NCBI RefSeq assembly: GCF_006345805.1
Contig: NC_042998.1
Location: 20,274,001-20,338,000 of the forward strand
DNA: 64,000 nt
From: Octopus sinensis
Lineage: Eukaryota
Reading direction: 5' to 3'
The notes beneath the pieces were generated by a model. That model saw only the letters and a program-made list of their open reading frames with translations. It made no database searches and was not told the origin of the DNA. The position numbers were made by a program, and so were the translations under genes. Below, piece by piece: positions 12,458 through 26,214 of the stretch. Each line of letters starts with the position of its first letter. Position 1 is the first letter of the stretch.

Positions 12458-13262
12458 AATAAGAATTATGTTTATATATAACGCTCACTGCGAGATGCTA
12501 TTTCGATCTATTGCGCAGGCGACATCAAGTTCTATAGGTTTATATCAAAAGGATGGACTTTTATGTTCGTATTTTGTACACAAACTACCGATTAATCCTG
12601 AACAAGTCGTAAAATGTTAATGAAAGTTCCGTATTCATCTGTTCGTTAAGCGTTGGTGTGAACTTCAGAAGAAATGCTGCTGACCTCTATCTCCGCTCTC
12701 ACATCGCTATTGTCCTTGATTTTGTGAATGTTATTAGTGTTTCATTATTAATTGTATTATTCATAGAAATATTATTTGCATATATTGGCTCGGAACATTC
12801 AGTATTTTAGATTAATTTAGCAATCTGCTTGACTTGCACTTTAAAATATTTTTAGCTGAAGTCAAGTATGAAATGTCTAATATTGTAATGTTGATGTTGA
12901 TACTGTTGCCGTTATGATTGTTGTTGTTCTTTCGCTCAAATTAGGATTGATCGAGCGTGCTAATAATTTAAAGTGCTCTCTCCATTCTATCCAATTTTTA
13001 TATATTCCGCAGTACATATTCTGAAGCTAGAACGGTACAGAGATGATTTGTATATCTTCTGCGCAAGGACGACACGCAAATTCGTAAAGTATTCTTTTAT
13101 TTTTCATCTTTTACTTGTTTCAATCGTTTGACTGTAGTCATGCTGGAGCACCGCCTTGAAGGAAAGATATTAGTAAAGGATGCCACGAAGTGGGACCCAA
13201 GCCAGAAACATATTGGTTGGGGGAAGCAAGTATCTTACCACACAGCCACGTCTGCACCTACT

Positions 13263-13668
13263 CTCTTCTTACTCTTTACTCTTTTATTTGTTTCAGTCAT
13301 TTGACTGCGGCCATGCTGGAGCACCGCCTTTAGTCGAGCAAATCGACCCCAAGACTTATTCTTTGTAAGCTTAATACTTATTCTATAGGTCTCTTTTGCA
13401 GAACCGCAAAATACACCAGCATCGGTTGTCAAGCGATTTTGGGGGGATAAACACACACACACACAAATACACACACATACATATATATACATATATACGA
13501 CGGACTTCTTTCAGTTTCCGTCTACTAAATCCACTCACAAGGCTTTGGTCCGCCCGAGGCTATAGTAGAAGACACTTGCCCAAGTTGCCACGTAGTAGGA
13601 GTGAGCCCGGAACCATGTGGTTGGTAAGCAAGCTATTTACCTGCGCCTTACCACACAGCCACGCTTGC
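13263..13668 (-). mobile_element. CORE-type SINE family B
   Basis: Same architecture as 8577-8995. Confidence 0.85.
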
Positions 13669-13849
13669 TCCCTTTTTTTTTCATTTTTCAAGGCACTGCC
13701 CCAGCAATAGTGCCCCAGGTGTCCCAGGATGACCACAGCCTAATGACTGAACTCAAATAAAAGTGTGAAATAAAAGATAATGCCACTGGAAATATATTAT
13801 ATGTTATACAATGCGCTCGTCCCTTTTAAAATTGGTGGGATTTAAGTTG

Positions 13850-14106
13850 CGGGACATTTGGGTGCCTTTTATAGCAGTTCGAATGTATTGTGATGGATAA
13901 CAGAAAACAACACAGCTCCCATGACTTTCGGAAACATTTTTTCACGCTCAGAGTTGCTGAAGCATGGAATAAACTGCCTGCGTCAGTTGTTGACTGCCAT
14001 GACACTGCATCCTTTAAGGCCCTCATGCTTTCTGAAATCCGCCGAAACTACACCTGATTATATATACACTTTAGATGAGTTGTAGTGCACCTGAGCACTG
14101 TACACA

Positions 14107-14168
<62 letters not shown>
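13850..14168 (+). mobile_element. CR1/L2-type LINE 3' end with (ATT)n tail
   Basis: 13920-14057 translates to HDFRKHFFTLRVAEAWNKLPASVVDCHDTASFKALMLSEIRRNYT*, matching the FF..RV...WN.LP..VV motif; (ATT)n tail at 14108-14168. Confidence 0.85.
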
Positions 14169-14170
<2 letters not shown>

Positions 14171-14854
14171 TTGTCAGATTTAGTCCATAGTTTATTCAGA
14201 CTTTGCACAAAATTATGTCTTTTAGACTCAAATTACCAGAAAATATGACTCGTACAATTTTCTCGTTGCACAGTTGTTACAGACAGTCAGGATCTTGACG
14301 ATGTCATCTACTTATTGTCTCATTTCAATTTAATATCTATAGATATACGATGATGTTTATAAAAATCTTCGACAGATATTAATTGTGATTGTATTTCACA
14401 CAAAGCTCAGCTTGAGAGCTCTTTTATTTCATATTATTTTGGTGTTTTTTTTAAATTATCAAAACTAACAAGCCCTGTGTACGTCAAGTATGAATTTTAG
14501 CTGAAGTGGTGGTTGGGTTGCTGATTTTGTTGTTGTATGTATGCTAAAAACTAAAGCGTAAATGATGTGTAGATGGCTTTGATGAAATATTTGAATGTAA
14601 TATCAGCCTCTTTCAAGATCGCTATACTTGTATGATTTAGAGTCTTGCCTCCGGATGAACGTTAATTGCACGCGTCTTAATATCAAAGTATGTCTTGCGT
14701 TACAACGTATGAACGTTGATATTCGTGTACGAATATATATATTTATCTCTCTACACATATATGTGTGTGTATGTGCGTGTGCACGTACTGCATGTGAACT
14801 TATGTATGTTATGTATGTGTGTATGTATGTATGTATGCATATATGTATGTATGT

Positions 14855-15285
14855 CGTTATTCAATTTATTCCGAGGTTTCTTGCCAGTAGAGAAAGAACC
14901 GGTTTCCAATCTAGATCCAAGGCTCCTTCATTGGAATTTCAACATCAACATGTTATGTATGTATGTATGTATGCATGCAAGTATGTAAGTAAGCATGCAT
15001 GCATGTATGTATGTATATATGTATGTATGCGCATATTTGAACTTTTTATGTATATATTCTCATTCATATAGTTGTATATATAGACACATATATATTTAAA
15101 TGATAAATTTCTGGAAAGTTTTACAGATTTTTACCGTTCCACTGATGGATTGGATCTGTAGTCTTCGAATTAGCTTTTTCCTTTCTGAAGCCTAATTTCT
15201 CAAGAGTGATATTTAAGCAGTGTGTTACATATCTCAGGGCTCCAATAATTACAGATATAAACCTGAACTTGTAATCTGGCTAGAG
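14855..15285 (-). mobile_element. 3' end of a REL-endonuclease non-LTR retrotransposon (R4/NeSL-like) inside (TACA)n
   Basis: Minus translation YKFRFISVIIGALRYVTHCLNITLEKLGF...RRLQIQSISGTVKICKTFQKFII* (stop at 15096-15098); TATG repeats flank both ends. Confidence 0.7.
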
Positions 15286-15837
15286 TATGTATGTATGTAT
15301 GTATGTATGTATGTATGTATGTATGTATGTATGTATGTATGTATGTATGTATGTATGCATGTATGTATGCGTGTATGTTTGCATGCATATATGTACGTTA
15401 CCATGTCCTATTAAGATCGTCAACCCAGTTCGAATAAAGATACCGGTGTGAATTTTAGGTCAATAAGTTTTATTCATAACGGAAACCCAGGGGATAGAGT
15501 AGACATCTTTTTCTACACACAGTTGACTTCATGTATGTATGTACGTATGTACGTATGTACGTATGCACGTATGTATGTATATATGTACGTATGTATGTAT
15601 GTACGTATGTAGGTATGTATGTAGTATGTATGTATGTATGTATGTATGTATGTATGTATGTATGTGTAGGGGATATGTATGTTTGTATGTATGAATACGT
15701 GTATATTGTTGTACTTTGGTAGAAAATGCTAAAGTTTTGCTACTAGATAGTTGCAGAATAAATAACGTAAACCCCGTTGAAATTTGAGGCACAGTGGGTA
15801 AGAGTATGAGAGGGGTGTTGTGTGGATGGATGGATGA

Positions 15838-15955
15838 AAGGAAGGAAGGAAGGAAGGAAGGAGGGAAGGAAGGAAGGAAGGAAGGAAGGAAGGAAGGAAG
15901 GAAGGAAGGAAGGAAGGAAGGAAGGAAGGAAGGAAAGGAAGGAAGGAAGGAAGGA
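15838..15955. repeat. (GGAA)n microsatellite
   Basis: Read directly. Confidence 0.95.
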
Positions 15956-16005
15956 CCGAATGGAGGAATGGATGGAAGAATTTAAAGGATGACTGGAGAT
16001 TTATT

Positions 16006-16434
16006 TATTTCTTTATTGCTCACAGGGGGCTAAACATGGAGGAGACAAACAAGGAGAGACAGACGGATAAAGTTGATTAGATCTACCCCAGTTCGTAACT
16101 GGTACTTATTTAATCGACCCCAAAAGGATGAAAGGCAAAGTCGACCTCGGTGGAATTTGAAATCAGAACGTAGCGGCAGACGAAATACATATTTCTATTT
16201 CTTTACTACCCACAAGGGGCTAAACACAGAGAGGACAAACAAGGACAGACAAACAAGGACAGACAAACGGATTAAGTCGATTGTATCGACCCCAGTGCGT
16301 AACTGGTACTTATTTCATCGACCCCGAAAGAATGAAAGGCAAATTCGACCTCGGTGGAATTTGAAATCAGAACGTAACAGCAGACGAATTACCGCTAAGC
16401 ATTTCGCCTGGCGTGCTGACGATTCTGCCAGCTC
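16006..16434 (-). mobile_element. SINE family A dimer
   Basis: Reverse-complement match to family A, two bodies. Confidence 0.85.
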
Positions 16435-17510
16435 GGAGATTGGGCTATTCGGGTAAAGAGCAAGAGACTTGTATATCAAACATATAAAGTGACAAAGAAG
16501 CGGAGATGTTGTAGCAACCAGCGAAAAGAAAATGTTAGATATAGAAATGTAGAGGCAGTACAAGCATATAATTTTATTCGTGAGAGAAACAAGAAAAATG
16601 GATGGAATAAATTCAGTAACTACTTATAAATTCTAGATTCTTCAGAAACGGACATAGAACCGTGATTGTGCTAGATTCGAAGCTGCACATGGAATAGTAT
16701 TATCAATAATGAAATACTTCAACGAAAGGGGTAGAAGGAAGACGACCAGCGAAGAAACCACTTGTGAATACTACTTCACTGAGTTGAAAATTTTGTTGTA
16801 GTGCAAGTTAAGGAGATGACTATAAATGTTAAGTTGAAACAGTTTCAAATAAATATCTTGTGTAATGGATATCAAATTCTGAAAGTACTTACTCCAACAG
16901 AAGAAGAGTCTAAGTTTCGTAAAAACGTCACACTTTTGCTCGGAGGTCATTATTTTTGACGTAAAAGAGTATAAACTAAGTACAAGTGCGTTGACACATC
17001 TAAAAAATTGAATATCATGGCATATCGATATGCAATACATCCATTTATTCGTCCTCTGTTTCGTGTCGTTTTTTTTTTTTTTTTACATATTTTATCTTTA
17101 TTAAGAATTTAGCTTTGATATTGATTATACTCGTAAATATAGAGATTTCATATGATGTGAGCAGTAGAACAAGAGTTAAGCTGCTGGTAGCTAGCCGAAG
17201 CTACGGCAACGGTTTTAATCGTTGATAGTATAAAGTTCGATTCCTTTGTATCATATGTGAACTTGAGAAGAGCAGGATCAATATAAGCGCTCATTGGTCT
17301 TTGACTAATATAAAGGACTAATGTTTTAGTCCTTTGTATTTGATGTAAAACTAATGATTCTCAGAGTCGATTCCGTTTTCTTCCTCTGAATTGAAATATT
17401 GCACTTGTGATTCTTATCCAATGGCAAAGACATGAGCAACATTTTGTCCGATTTTTCGATTTGTTTTAATTTCTTATCTGTATATATAAAAGGCAGGATA
17501 TATATATATA

Positions 17511-17560
<50 letters not shown>

Positions 17561-17571
17561 GTGTGTGTGTG

Positions 17572-17602
<31 letters not shown>

Positions 17603-18049
17603 ACGTGAATGTAATTTATGCACGGCCACAAATTAGCACTCATGTCACTCAAATTTTAAGACGACATTCGTCATGATACTAGCTGTATTTTCCTCAACTT
17701 ATTTTTACCAGAGGCACCAGGGAATAGCGGTGAAAATAAATTTTCAACCAAAACTTTTAACAATTTTCAAATCTCCTTCTAGCGACGAGTAAGCTTTTGT
17801 TAAGACTTTTGTTGTTTTTTTTTTCCATCCAGGAAAGATGTGTTTTGTTGATATATATACACACACGAACATGTATGCGTACAAAAAACATGTATGCAAT
17901 AGGTGTACGTACGTACGTGTGTGTATGTGTGTTTATGTGTTGCCCATATATATTTATATATAAACCAATTTTAACGGATTTCGCCCAAATTTGATGTCGA
18001 TGTTACTGCTAGTTAGTCGATAATTTTGATTAAAACAAGCCAATCACTC

Positions 18050-18920
18050 AGGAGGGCGCAGTAAAAGGCCATATCAAGCCTGATGACAAAGAGCTTGAGA
18101 CAGTGGACAGTTTCTGCTATCTAGGGTCTACCATTTCCTCTACTACTTCACTTCATGACGAGATCAATGTCAGGATAGGGAAGGCAGCAACAACTTTTGG
18201 AAGACCGACAAAACGAGTATGGAAGAACAGGAGTTTTGACATCAAGACAAAGATCAGGATTTATGAAGCATGTGTTCTCAGCACACTCCTCCATGGACCT
18301 GAAACATGGACCTTGTACAGCAGACAGGAAAGTTGCTTCGACATTTTCCATCTCAAATGCCTCCACAAGATCTTAGGCCTAACGTGGCGCGACAAGGTCA
18401 CCAATGTTGAAGTGCTGGCGCAGGCGAATATTCAAAGCATGACAGCTATGTTGTATATGAGAAGACTGAGGTGGCTGGGGGCATGGCAGGAGAATGGATG
18501 ACCATCGTATCCCGGAGCAACAGCTCTATGGAGAACTGGCCCAGGGCAAGAGACCAAGAGGAATACCAAAACTGAGGTATAAGGACACTTGCAAAACTAG
18601 TTTGTCGAAGTGTGAGGTGGATTTCAGCACCTGGGAAGAGAGGGCTGAGGACAGAACTATGGTGAAGGAAGAAACGGCTTTTGCTAGAGAGCAGCTACAG
18701 AAACAAACAAGTTGAGAAGCGTCAGCAGCGAAAGGAAAACAACAGAAATGCAAAGCACCGAGCCACGCTCTTGGCATGCAAGTACTGTGACAGAAGCTGC
18801 GCTTCAATCATAGGAAGAATCAGCCATCAAAGAAGTTGCAAGAAAGGGAGCCCCTGATATGTTCGATTAAGTGACCTCTAAGCTAAATTGACTTTCTGCA
18901 TAGACGAAAAGGGCCAAAGT
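18050..18920 (+). mobile_element. RTE/BovB-like LINE 3' fragment (RT C-terminal region)
   Basis: FCYLGSTI, EINVRIGKA, TKIRIYEACVLSTLLHGPETW, RRLRWLG, RIPEQQLYGEL, GKRPRGIPKLRYKD; frameshift near 18490. Confidence 0.95.
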
Positions 18921-19103
18921 ATATATATACCACGCCTCAGCCAATCCCCCTTTATCTAAATATAACCCATATTTTTCGTACCTATTACAACCTCGAAATT
19001 CGAAAGATACCACTGTAATTGTAATAGATATTCAGGCGTATGAATAATACTCTACTGAGTTCTTTGTACTCGTTGTTTCTTTTGCTCCAGTGCAATAAGC
19101 ATT

Positions 19104-19830
<727 letters not shown>

Positions 19831-21336
19831 CAGGGCAAAAACATTGTCATGCTTCTTATATCTGATAATATATTTGATAAAATTCAGCCAAGGGAAATGG
19901 ATGCTTTTCTTTTCCTTAAGTAAGACAAGGGAATAATACCAACGTTTGTACATGTGTCTGTTTGCGTGCTTGTGCGCTAATGTGTGTGTATGCACGTGTG
20001 TACATGTGCGTCAGTATATGACTGAGCTTTTGTTTCAAGCTTTAAAAATACTATTTAAATAAAAGCAATATATGATCAGCGCTACAAATAATCATCATTC
20101 TCTTTGTTATTGTTTTTCTTTTTTAGATATATTCTGTTCCATAACGCAAATATTACTCAAGTCAAATGTTTCATAGTGGTATAAATAAATTTTTAAAAAA
20201 AACACATTCATTCGTCATATGTTTGCTTTTTGGATTGCATTGATAATGTAATTTTTGTGTTATATTCTTTTGCGATAACAAAAAGATATGTGAGAAAGTA
20301 AATATTGCCTTGGTATAAGTTTGAAGCTTAATAGAGTTGAGGTAAATCTACTTTAATAAACAAAACATTGAGTCACGAACTAGGTATCGTTCAAGATAAA
20401 GACAATTTTGAACATCAAAGATTATTGATATAAACTCATTGTTTACGACTCATATTGTTTACCATAAAATATTTCCTATGTTCTGTGATATTATTTCTTA
20501 AACTATTAGACCGAATGTTGGCGTTTATTCTGGAAAGTGATTCTTATTTCTGCATTGCTCACAAGGGGCTAAACAGAGAAGGAACAAACAAAGGGATTAA
20601 GTCGATTACATCGGCCCCAGTGCGTAACTGGTACTTAATTTATCGACCTCGAAAGGATGAAAGGGAAAGTCGACCTCGGCGGAACTTGAACTCAGAACTT
20701 TACTCACAAGGACCCCAGGATATTCAAAGGTCTTTGTACTCAATAAGTTGATGTTATAAACTGACAATAAACTAAATAAATGTTTCTAGAATAGTTTCAT
20801 GATTTGAAATGTAGAAGGGAATGAGTTAGCTTATGTGATCGCCCCCGGTATTTGATTGAGCCTTTATTTTCCGATCACGAACGGATGAAAGTATTTGAAC
20901 CCAGAACATAGTAATTTATTATATTAGTGCGATGCTAGAAATTCGGGTTTTTTTTTCCTTTTTGCTAGGAAGTCAGAGTTAATTAATTAGATTATCCACA
21001 GTACGAGACTGGTACTTTATTTTATCGACTGCGAAAGGATGAAAGACAAAGGCAGAACAGAATAGAGATCGTAAGGAAGCGGAATAAATATCACAATGCC
21101 ACCAACCATGTGAAAAATATTAGCTAACAGAGCAACTACACATTTCACATGGCTGTATTTTGAAAAGGCAAGCGCAGCTCACGGATCCCTAATAATACCT
21201 TTTGCTAAAACCCAGTAGAAGTCCGTTGACAACAAGTTTGGAACAGCTGATGTGGAGTCTACCGTGATGGTTTGATCTGTAGCTTCCTTGTCTTTTATTC
21301 TACGACACTACATCTACTATACAGACATTCAACGGA

Positions 21337-21930
21337 ATATTTCCACTCTAGGCACAAGGCCCGAAATTTTGGGCGGAGGGGACCAGTCGATTAGATCGAC
21401 TCCAGTATGCAACTGGTACTAACGATTCTGCCAGCTCACCGCCTTAGACATTCATCTGGATATTACAATAAAGAGTATATATTTCTTTACTGACCACAAG
21501 GGGCTAAACACAGAGGGGACAAACAAGGACAGACAAAAGGATTAAGTCGATTACATCGACCTCAGTGCGAAACTAGTACTTTATTTATCGACCCCGAAAG
21601 GATGAAAGGCAAAGGCGACCTCGGCGGAATTTGAACTAAGAATGTAGCGGCAGACGAAATACCTATTTCTTTACGACCCACAAGGGGCTAAACACAGAGG
21701 GAACAAACAAGGACAGACAAACGGATTAAGTCGATTATATTGACCCCAGTGCGTAAGTGGTACTTATTTAATCGAACCCGAAAGGATGAAAGGCAAAGTC
21801 GACCTCGGCGGAATTTGAACTCGGAACGTAACGGCAGACGAAATACGGCTACACATTTTGCCCGGCGTGCTAACGTTTCTGCCAGCTTGCCGCCTTAGAC
21901 ATTCACCGGAATATTACAATAAAGAGTATA
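21337..21930 (-). mobile_element. Composite SINE family A element with a repeated 36-bp spacer
   Basis: Order is spacer-head-unit-unit-spacer-short head-alternative tail; the same composite occurs at 48452-48968 (+). Confidence 0.75.
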
Positions 21931-22087
21931 GACTGGATAACCGACGCATACTTTCGAACAGTTCTTCCTACATGGATATCAATACAAATATTCACACTTA
22001 TATAAAATTATAGCATTTTCATTTTCCTTTCAGATATTGAGATAGTATAAATATCGTAAACTTTGTGTGTGTATGAGCGTGTGCTTT

Positions 22088-22154
<67 letters not shown>

Positions 22155-22720
22155 ATCGATCTTCTCTCACATTAATTTCCTTTGATGTTTAAATATCGTA
22201 TCGATCACGTTCTTACTAGAAACATAAGGAAAATTGGTTTCCTGTTAGTTTGATATGTAAAACAGTAAACGATGTCGATTTCAAACGAAAGCCGGGGTAA
22301 CATATGTGGTCACTCGACCTGCTAGAAATAGAAACTAAATCTAACAACGTGGTTCGACACATTCGACGATGAAGTCTTACACGCAGCCACGTCGCAGATG
22401 GAACAGCGTTGATTACGGGTCAGTTCGATCTTTACAGAACTATCGCCAGACCACAACAATCAAATTTTTCTCTCGTTTTTCTTTCATTCTCTTAATTTCC
22501 TTTTTCCTTTTCTTTCTTTCTGTCTTCTGTCTTTCACCCTTTTTTTTTTTTTTAATTAAGTGTAATCAACGATCGTAATGATTACAAAATCGAGTAGATA
22601 CTCCACAGAACACGCTACTTGAAAAACCATGAGTTCGTGTCAAATTATTGCAGATAATGCAGTTGTTGTTGTTGTCGTTGGTGGTGGTGGTGGTGGTGGT
22701 GGTGGTGGTTGTGGTGGACG

Positions 22721-22800
22721 GCGGCGGATGGCGGCGGATAGCGGCGGATGGCGGCGGATAGCGGCGGATGGCGGCGGATAGCGGCGGATGGCGGCGGAAG
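22721..22800. repeat. GC-rich 10-bp minisatellite (gcggcggat g/a) x8 next to (GGT)n
   Basis: Read directly; the last base alternates g/a, giving a 20-bp period. Confidence 0.9.
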
Positions 22801-23331
22801 GCGACGGGTGGTATCGACGGTGAGGTGACGATGAGCAAGCCAGCAACGACTACGGCAACGATGATAGTGATGTTCACCATGGCAACGACCATGACGATAT
22901 ATGTGATAATAATGAAGATCCTGATGATAATTATATTGATGAAGATCAGACTTTGAAGTTGATGTGTTTTTTTGTTTTTTTGTTATTTTTGTTTGTTTGT
23001 TTTTATTTTATTTTTTTTGTCTTTTAATGAATGCAACAAAAAAGCAGCTCAGCAATACAATTGATATATTGCGCTCTCTTAATTGTGTAATTAAGCGTAT
23101 TGCAGTAGCTGTATTGAACTGAAGTACAATACAATATAAATTATTTTATTATATTTTAATGCTTATAGTACTCAATATTAACGCTTTCTGGATAATATTT
23201 CATGATTTTCAGAATGTTACTTGTTATCCTCATATATTTCCATACTTTTCAATTAACCGGTAAGTCTTCTTTATCATTACGGAAATGTACTTGCATAGCA
23301 AGTGATTTGATCTGAGATCGTGTGCTGGAAC

Positions 23332-23616
23332 GAAAACAATTGCAGCGTGGAAGGTGTTTGTAAGCCATTTAAGAAACACACAAAAGCCGTTCGATTCACT
23401 TCAACATTTAAGTTTAATTTGTCAAAATATTTTCGTCGCTATAAGACCGCGACCTGTTCACTGACAAAAGTCCATGCTGCATCTCAGTGAACAGGTCGCG
23501 GTCTTATAGCGAAGAAAATATTTTGACAAATTAAACTTAAATGTTGAAGTGAATCGAACGGCTTTTGTGTGTTTCTTAAATGGCTTACAAACACCTTCCA
23601 CGCTGCAATTGTTTTC
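23332..23616. repeat. Near-perfect palindrome with 133-bp arms and a 19-bp spacer
   Basis: Arms at 23332-23464 and 23484-23616; I see one mismatch (gcgac versus gcgaa). Confidence 0.95.
23418..23468 (-). ncRNA. Minimal type I hammerhead-like RNA with swapped G3-C8 core pair
   Basis: tttgtca GTGAACA g gtcgc ggtcttata gcgac GAAA atatt t tgacaaa: 7-bp stem I, 5-bp stem II, palindromic AATATT stem III. Confidence 0.6.
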
Positions 23617-23899
23617 TTTATCATTTTTTTCTTTTAATCTGTGTTACTGATGTAATCACTTGTCGGGTCTCACCCAGTGCTCAGAGCCATGTCATAGTTA
23701 AAAGATATGACTGAAAGCTTGGGGAGGGCTGTACAGATATACATTCATATTATACCATGCAACACAAATGTTTGAATTGATAGGGTTTTTCTAAGAAGGT
23801 GAGCATACTTGTCAACAAGATCTCTTGGATTTCTTTAATATATGGTTCTTCTGGAATGTTATCAATATGTTTCTGACATCCGTTTTTTTTTATCATACC

Positions 23900-24130
23900 T
23901 ATTTCTTTACTACCCACAAGGGGCTAAACACAGAGGAGACAAACAAGGACAGACAAACGGATTAAGTCGATTACATCGACCCCAGTGCGTAACTGGTACT
24001 TAATTTATCGACCCCGAAAGGATGAAAGGCAAAGTCGACCTCGGCGGAATTTGAACTCAGAACGTAACGGCAGACGAAATACCGCTAAGCATTTCACCCG
24101 GCGTGCTAACGATTCTGCCAGCTCGCCGCC
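23900..24130 (-). mobile_element. SINE family A, full-length monomer
   Basis: Near-consensus copy with head ggcggcgagctggcagaatcgttagcacgcc; a second family's head follows at about 24155-24240. Confidence 0.9.
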
Positions 24131-25384
24131 TTAACTGCCAGCTCGCCGCCTTAAATAAAGTGTCTTGCTCAAGAACACAACACGCAGCCCGGTCCGGGAT
24201 TCGAACTCACAACCTAACGATCGTAAGCTCGACGCTCTACCAAGGGTTCTACAATAACAGGGACACTTTTTGCTTTAAGATGCCACATCTTTTGTATTTC
24301 AACTTCCTGGTCTTTATATTCACTAAGCATGTAAAAGTTTTTGACAGATATAACTTTTATTATTGGGGAAACTTACATCTATCAGTTTACAAGAATTTTC
24401 TTTCACCTCTTTGACAATTATATCTGGTAGATTAGCCTAGATTCTTGTGTCAGTTTTTGACCGGAAAATTCCAGAGGATAGTTACATTTTTGCCTGATAC
24501 CACTGACTCAGGATAATGTTCAGACGAGTTAGCAGGAAAGCTAATTTGGTAGTGCTTACATTTTTTCCAATCTATGTCCTATCTATGGTCCTATCTATGG
24601 TGGCGATTTTCATATTCGTTTGGACAGGACAGCCCGAAACAAAATGGTCTATTGTTTAATCAAATGTGTTGCAGAATCTGAATTTTGGGTCAGCACCATT
24701 TCTTACGACATTTTCCTAGTGCTTTCTTGTAAGCAAGCCTTGGTTTTGTACCGACAGTGCAAAGCCTTCAGTTTCTACTTTCAGTATTGAATTCATCAAC
24801 CTTTGATAGGGTGTTGTTTGGTCAACATCAGCATTTTTACTTCAAAGAATATATGGTCCATGCAGGGACCTATGGCTCCACCGTCTCTCAAGTTCTTTTT
24901 CCCGTTCTTTTTAGCAGACAGTCTGATTCGTTTTGCTAGCTTGATAGCAATTATTTCAGGTTCTTTAGCAATTCAGGGTCAATATCAAGTTCCCCTAGTG
25001 AATTTACAACCTTCCTTGACAATAAAGTGCGATTCTTTGCTGCTTTCATGCTGGCATGCAAGGTACAGCATCCAGTCCTCTCTACTAGATAAGTACCTGT
25101 TCGTTCCTATAGTGGAGGTTTTGTAGCATAGTTCTAATTGTATCCTTACTCTTCTCTTACTGCTTGTAGGTAGGTGCCAGTAGTCAACATTTACCTTAAA
25201 TAGGTGTATCTTATAAAATGTCGATAGTTTTCTTATCTTCCTGTCCATGATTTGGAGTTTAATAGGATTCCAATTAATCATATTAAAATTGTTCTTGACT
25301 ATTAGAATCGCCAGGGTATTAAAGTTCCAAATCGATTTTAAAGAATAATGTGAAGTCTTCAGTAGAAGTTTTATTCTCCTTTAG

Positions 25385-25605
25385 TACGAGGGGTATTGAA
25401 AAGTTCCTGTCTTTGGATAAAAGAAAATACAGGAGGTTCAGTTAATTATGATTTTATTCAACATATTTCCTTCTGAGATTCACACTCCTACTTCAGCAGT
25501 CCTTCAGTTTTTTCTAAGTCCTCTAAAAGAACTCGGAAGATTGGGCCTCCAATCAGGCGTTTCGAGATACCCTTAAAGCCAGAAACTTTTCAGCACCCCT
25601 TCTTA
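25385..25605 (+). mobile_element. Mariner-derived MITE
   Basis: Starts tacgaggggtattgaaaagttcc and ends aacttttcagcacccct; a related copy lies at 31705-31916 (-). Confidence 0.7.
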
Positions 25606-25959
25606 CTCCTTTTTTTAATCTTTTCCTTCACAGTGGTATGACTGATGCCATCTCCTTCATTTATACCCAGGCTTATGTAAGTTTCTTGTGGGTCAAGTTC
25701 TTTGATGGTAGTGTTGATATCTAATTTAATGGAGGTTGTTTCTCTGAGCTAGTCTCTTATAGAAGCTACTTTAGTACACTTATCGATGCCACTGCTAAAT
25801 TCTTTATGAGTTGTTAGCAGCCTTTCTAATTCTTGATCATTCCTTGCAAAGAGCTGGGGAAAAAGATGGTGTAATATCTGGTTAATAATTTTGTATAATA
25901 ATTTTTGAAGGACGTCTCGTTTGATGTTGTCAAGGACCTCACAGACTCTCTCTTTCCGC

Positions 25960-26210
25960 GGCACTTAACACCCCAAAACCAATAAAGCAGTTTGGGGAAA
26001 ATATTCTACTATCATGTGAATACCAGTTTCTCCAACAAATTTCTCAAACTTGGGCATTAATATCCCCCACTGCCCCTACAACTACTGCGATGACAGCTTC
26101 TTTCCTCATTGCCCACATACGGGCAATCTCATCTTGTGGTTACTCGGGCATCTCAATCTTTTTCAGTTCTTTATTATCCACTCCTACAGATCGATGAAGA
26201 AATGGAATAC
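25960..26210 (-). mobile_element. Second R4/Dong-like REL C-terminal fragment
   Basis: Minus translation DNKELKKIE..DEIARMWAMRKEAVIAVVVGAVG. Confidence 0.7.
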
Positions 26211-26214
26211 AGTA

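Larger units (their letters stand above)
23620..25960 (-). mobile_element. Decayed R4/Dong-like non-LTR retrotransposon (RT, CCHC, REL endonuclease) with nested insertions
   Basis: Minus-strand remnants in order: QELERLLTTHKEFS..DKC (RT), DRKIRKL..KIH..K.NVD, FRFC..TIDHFVSGCP (CCHC), ANLPDIIV..CKLIDVSFP..EIQKMWHLK..VPVIV (REL), KHIDNIPEEP..EIQEILL (C-terminus). Interrupted by SINEs and a MITE. Confidence 0.85.

Noticed and set aside
11821-12488. Recurring peptides RNWYLIYRPRKDERQSR and RLPNPLTRLWSARGYSR in many short ORFs
   Set aside because: These are translations of SINE families A and B, not a gene family.
16315-17040. Hydrophobic minus-strand ORFs with a TM5-like VVFLLPL segment, possibly a GPCR
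   Set aside because: No DRY/NPxxY-type motifs, interrupted by stops, and explainable by AT/T-rich composition.
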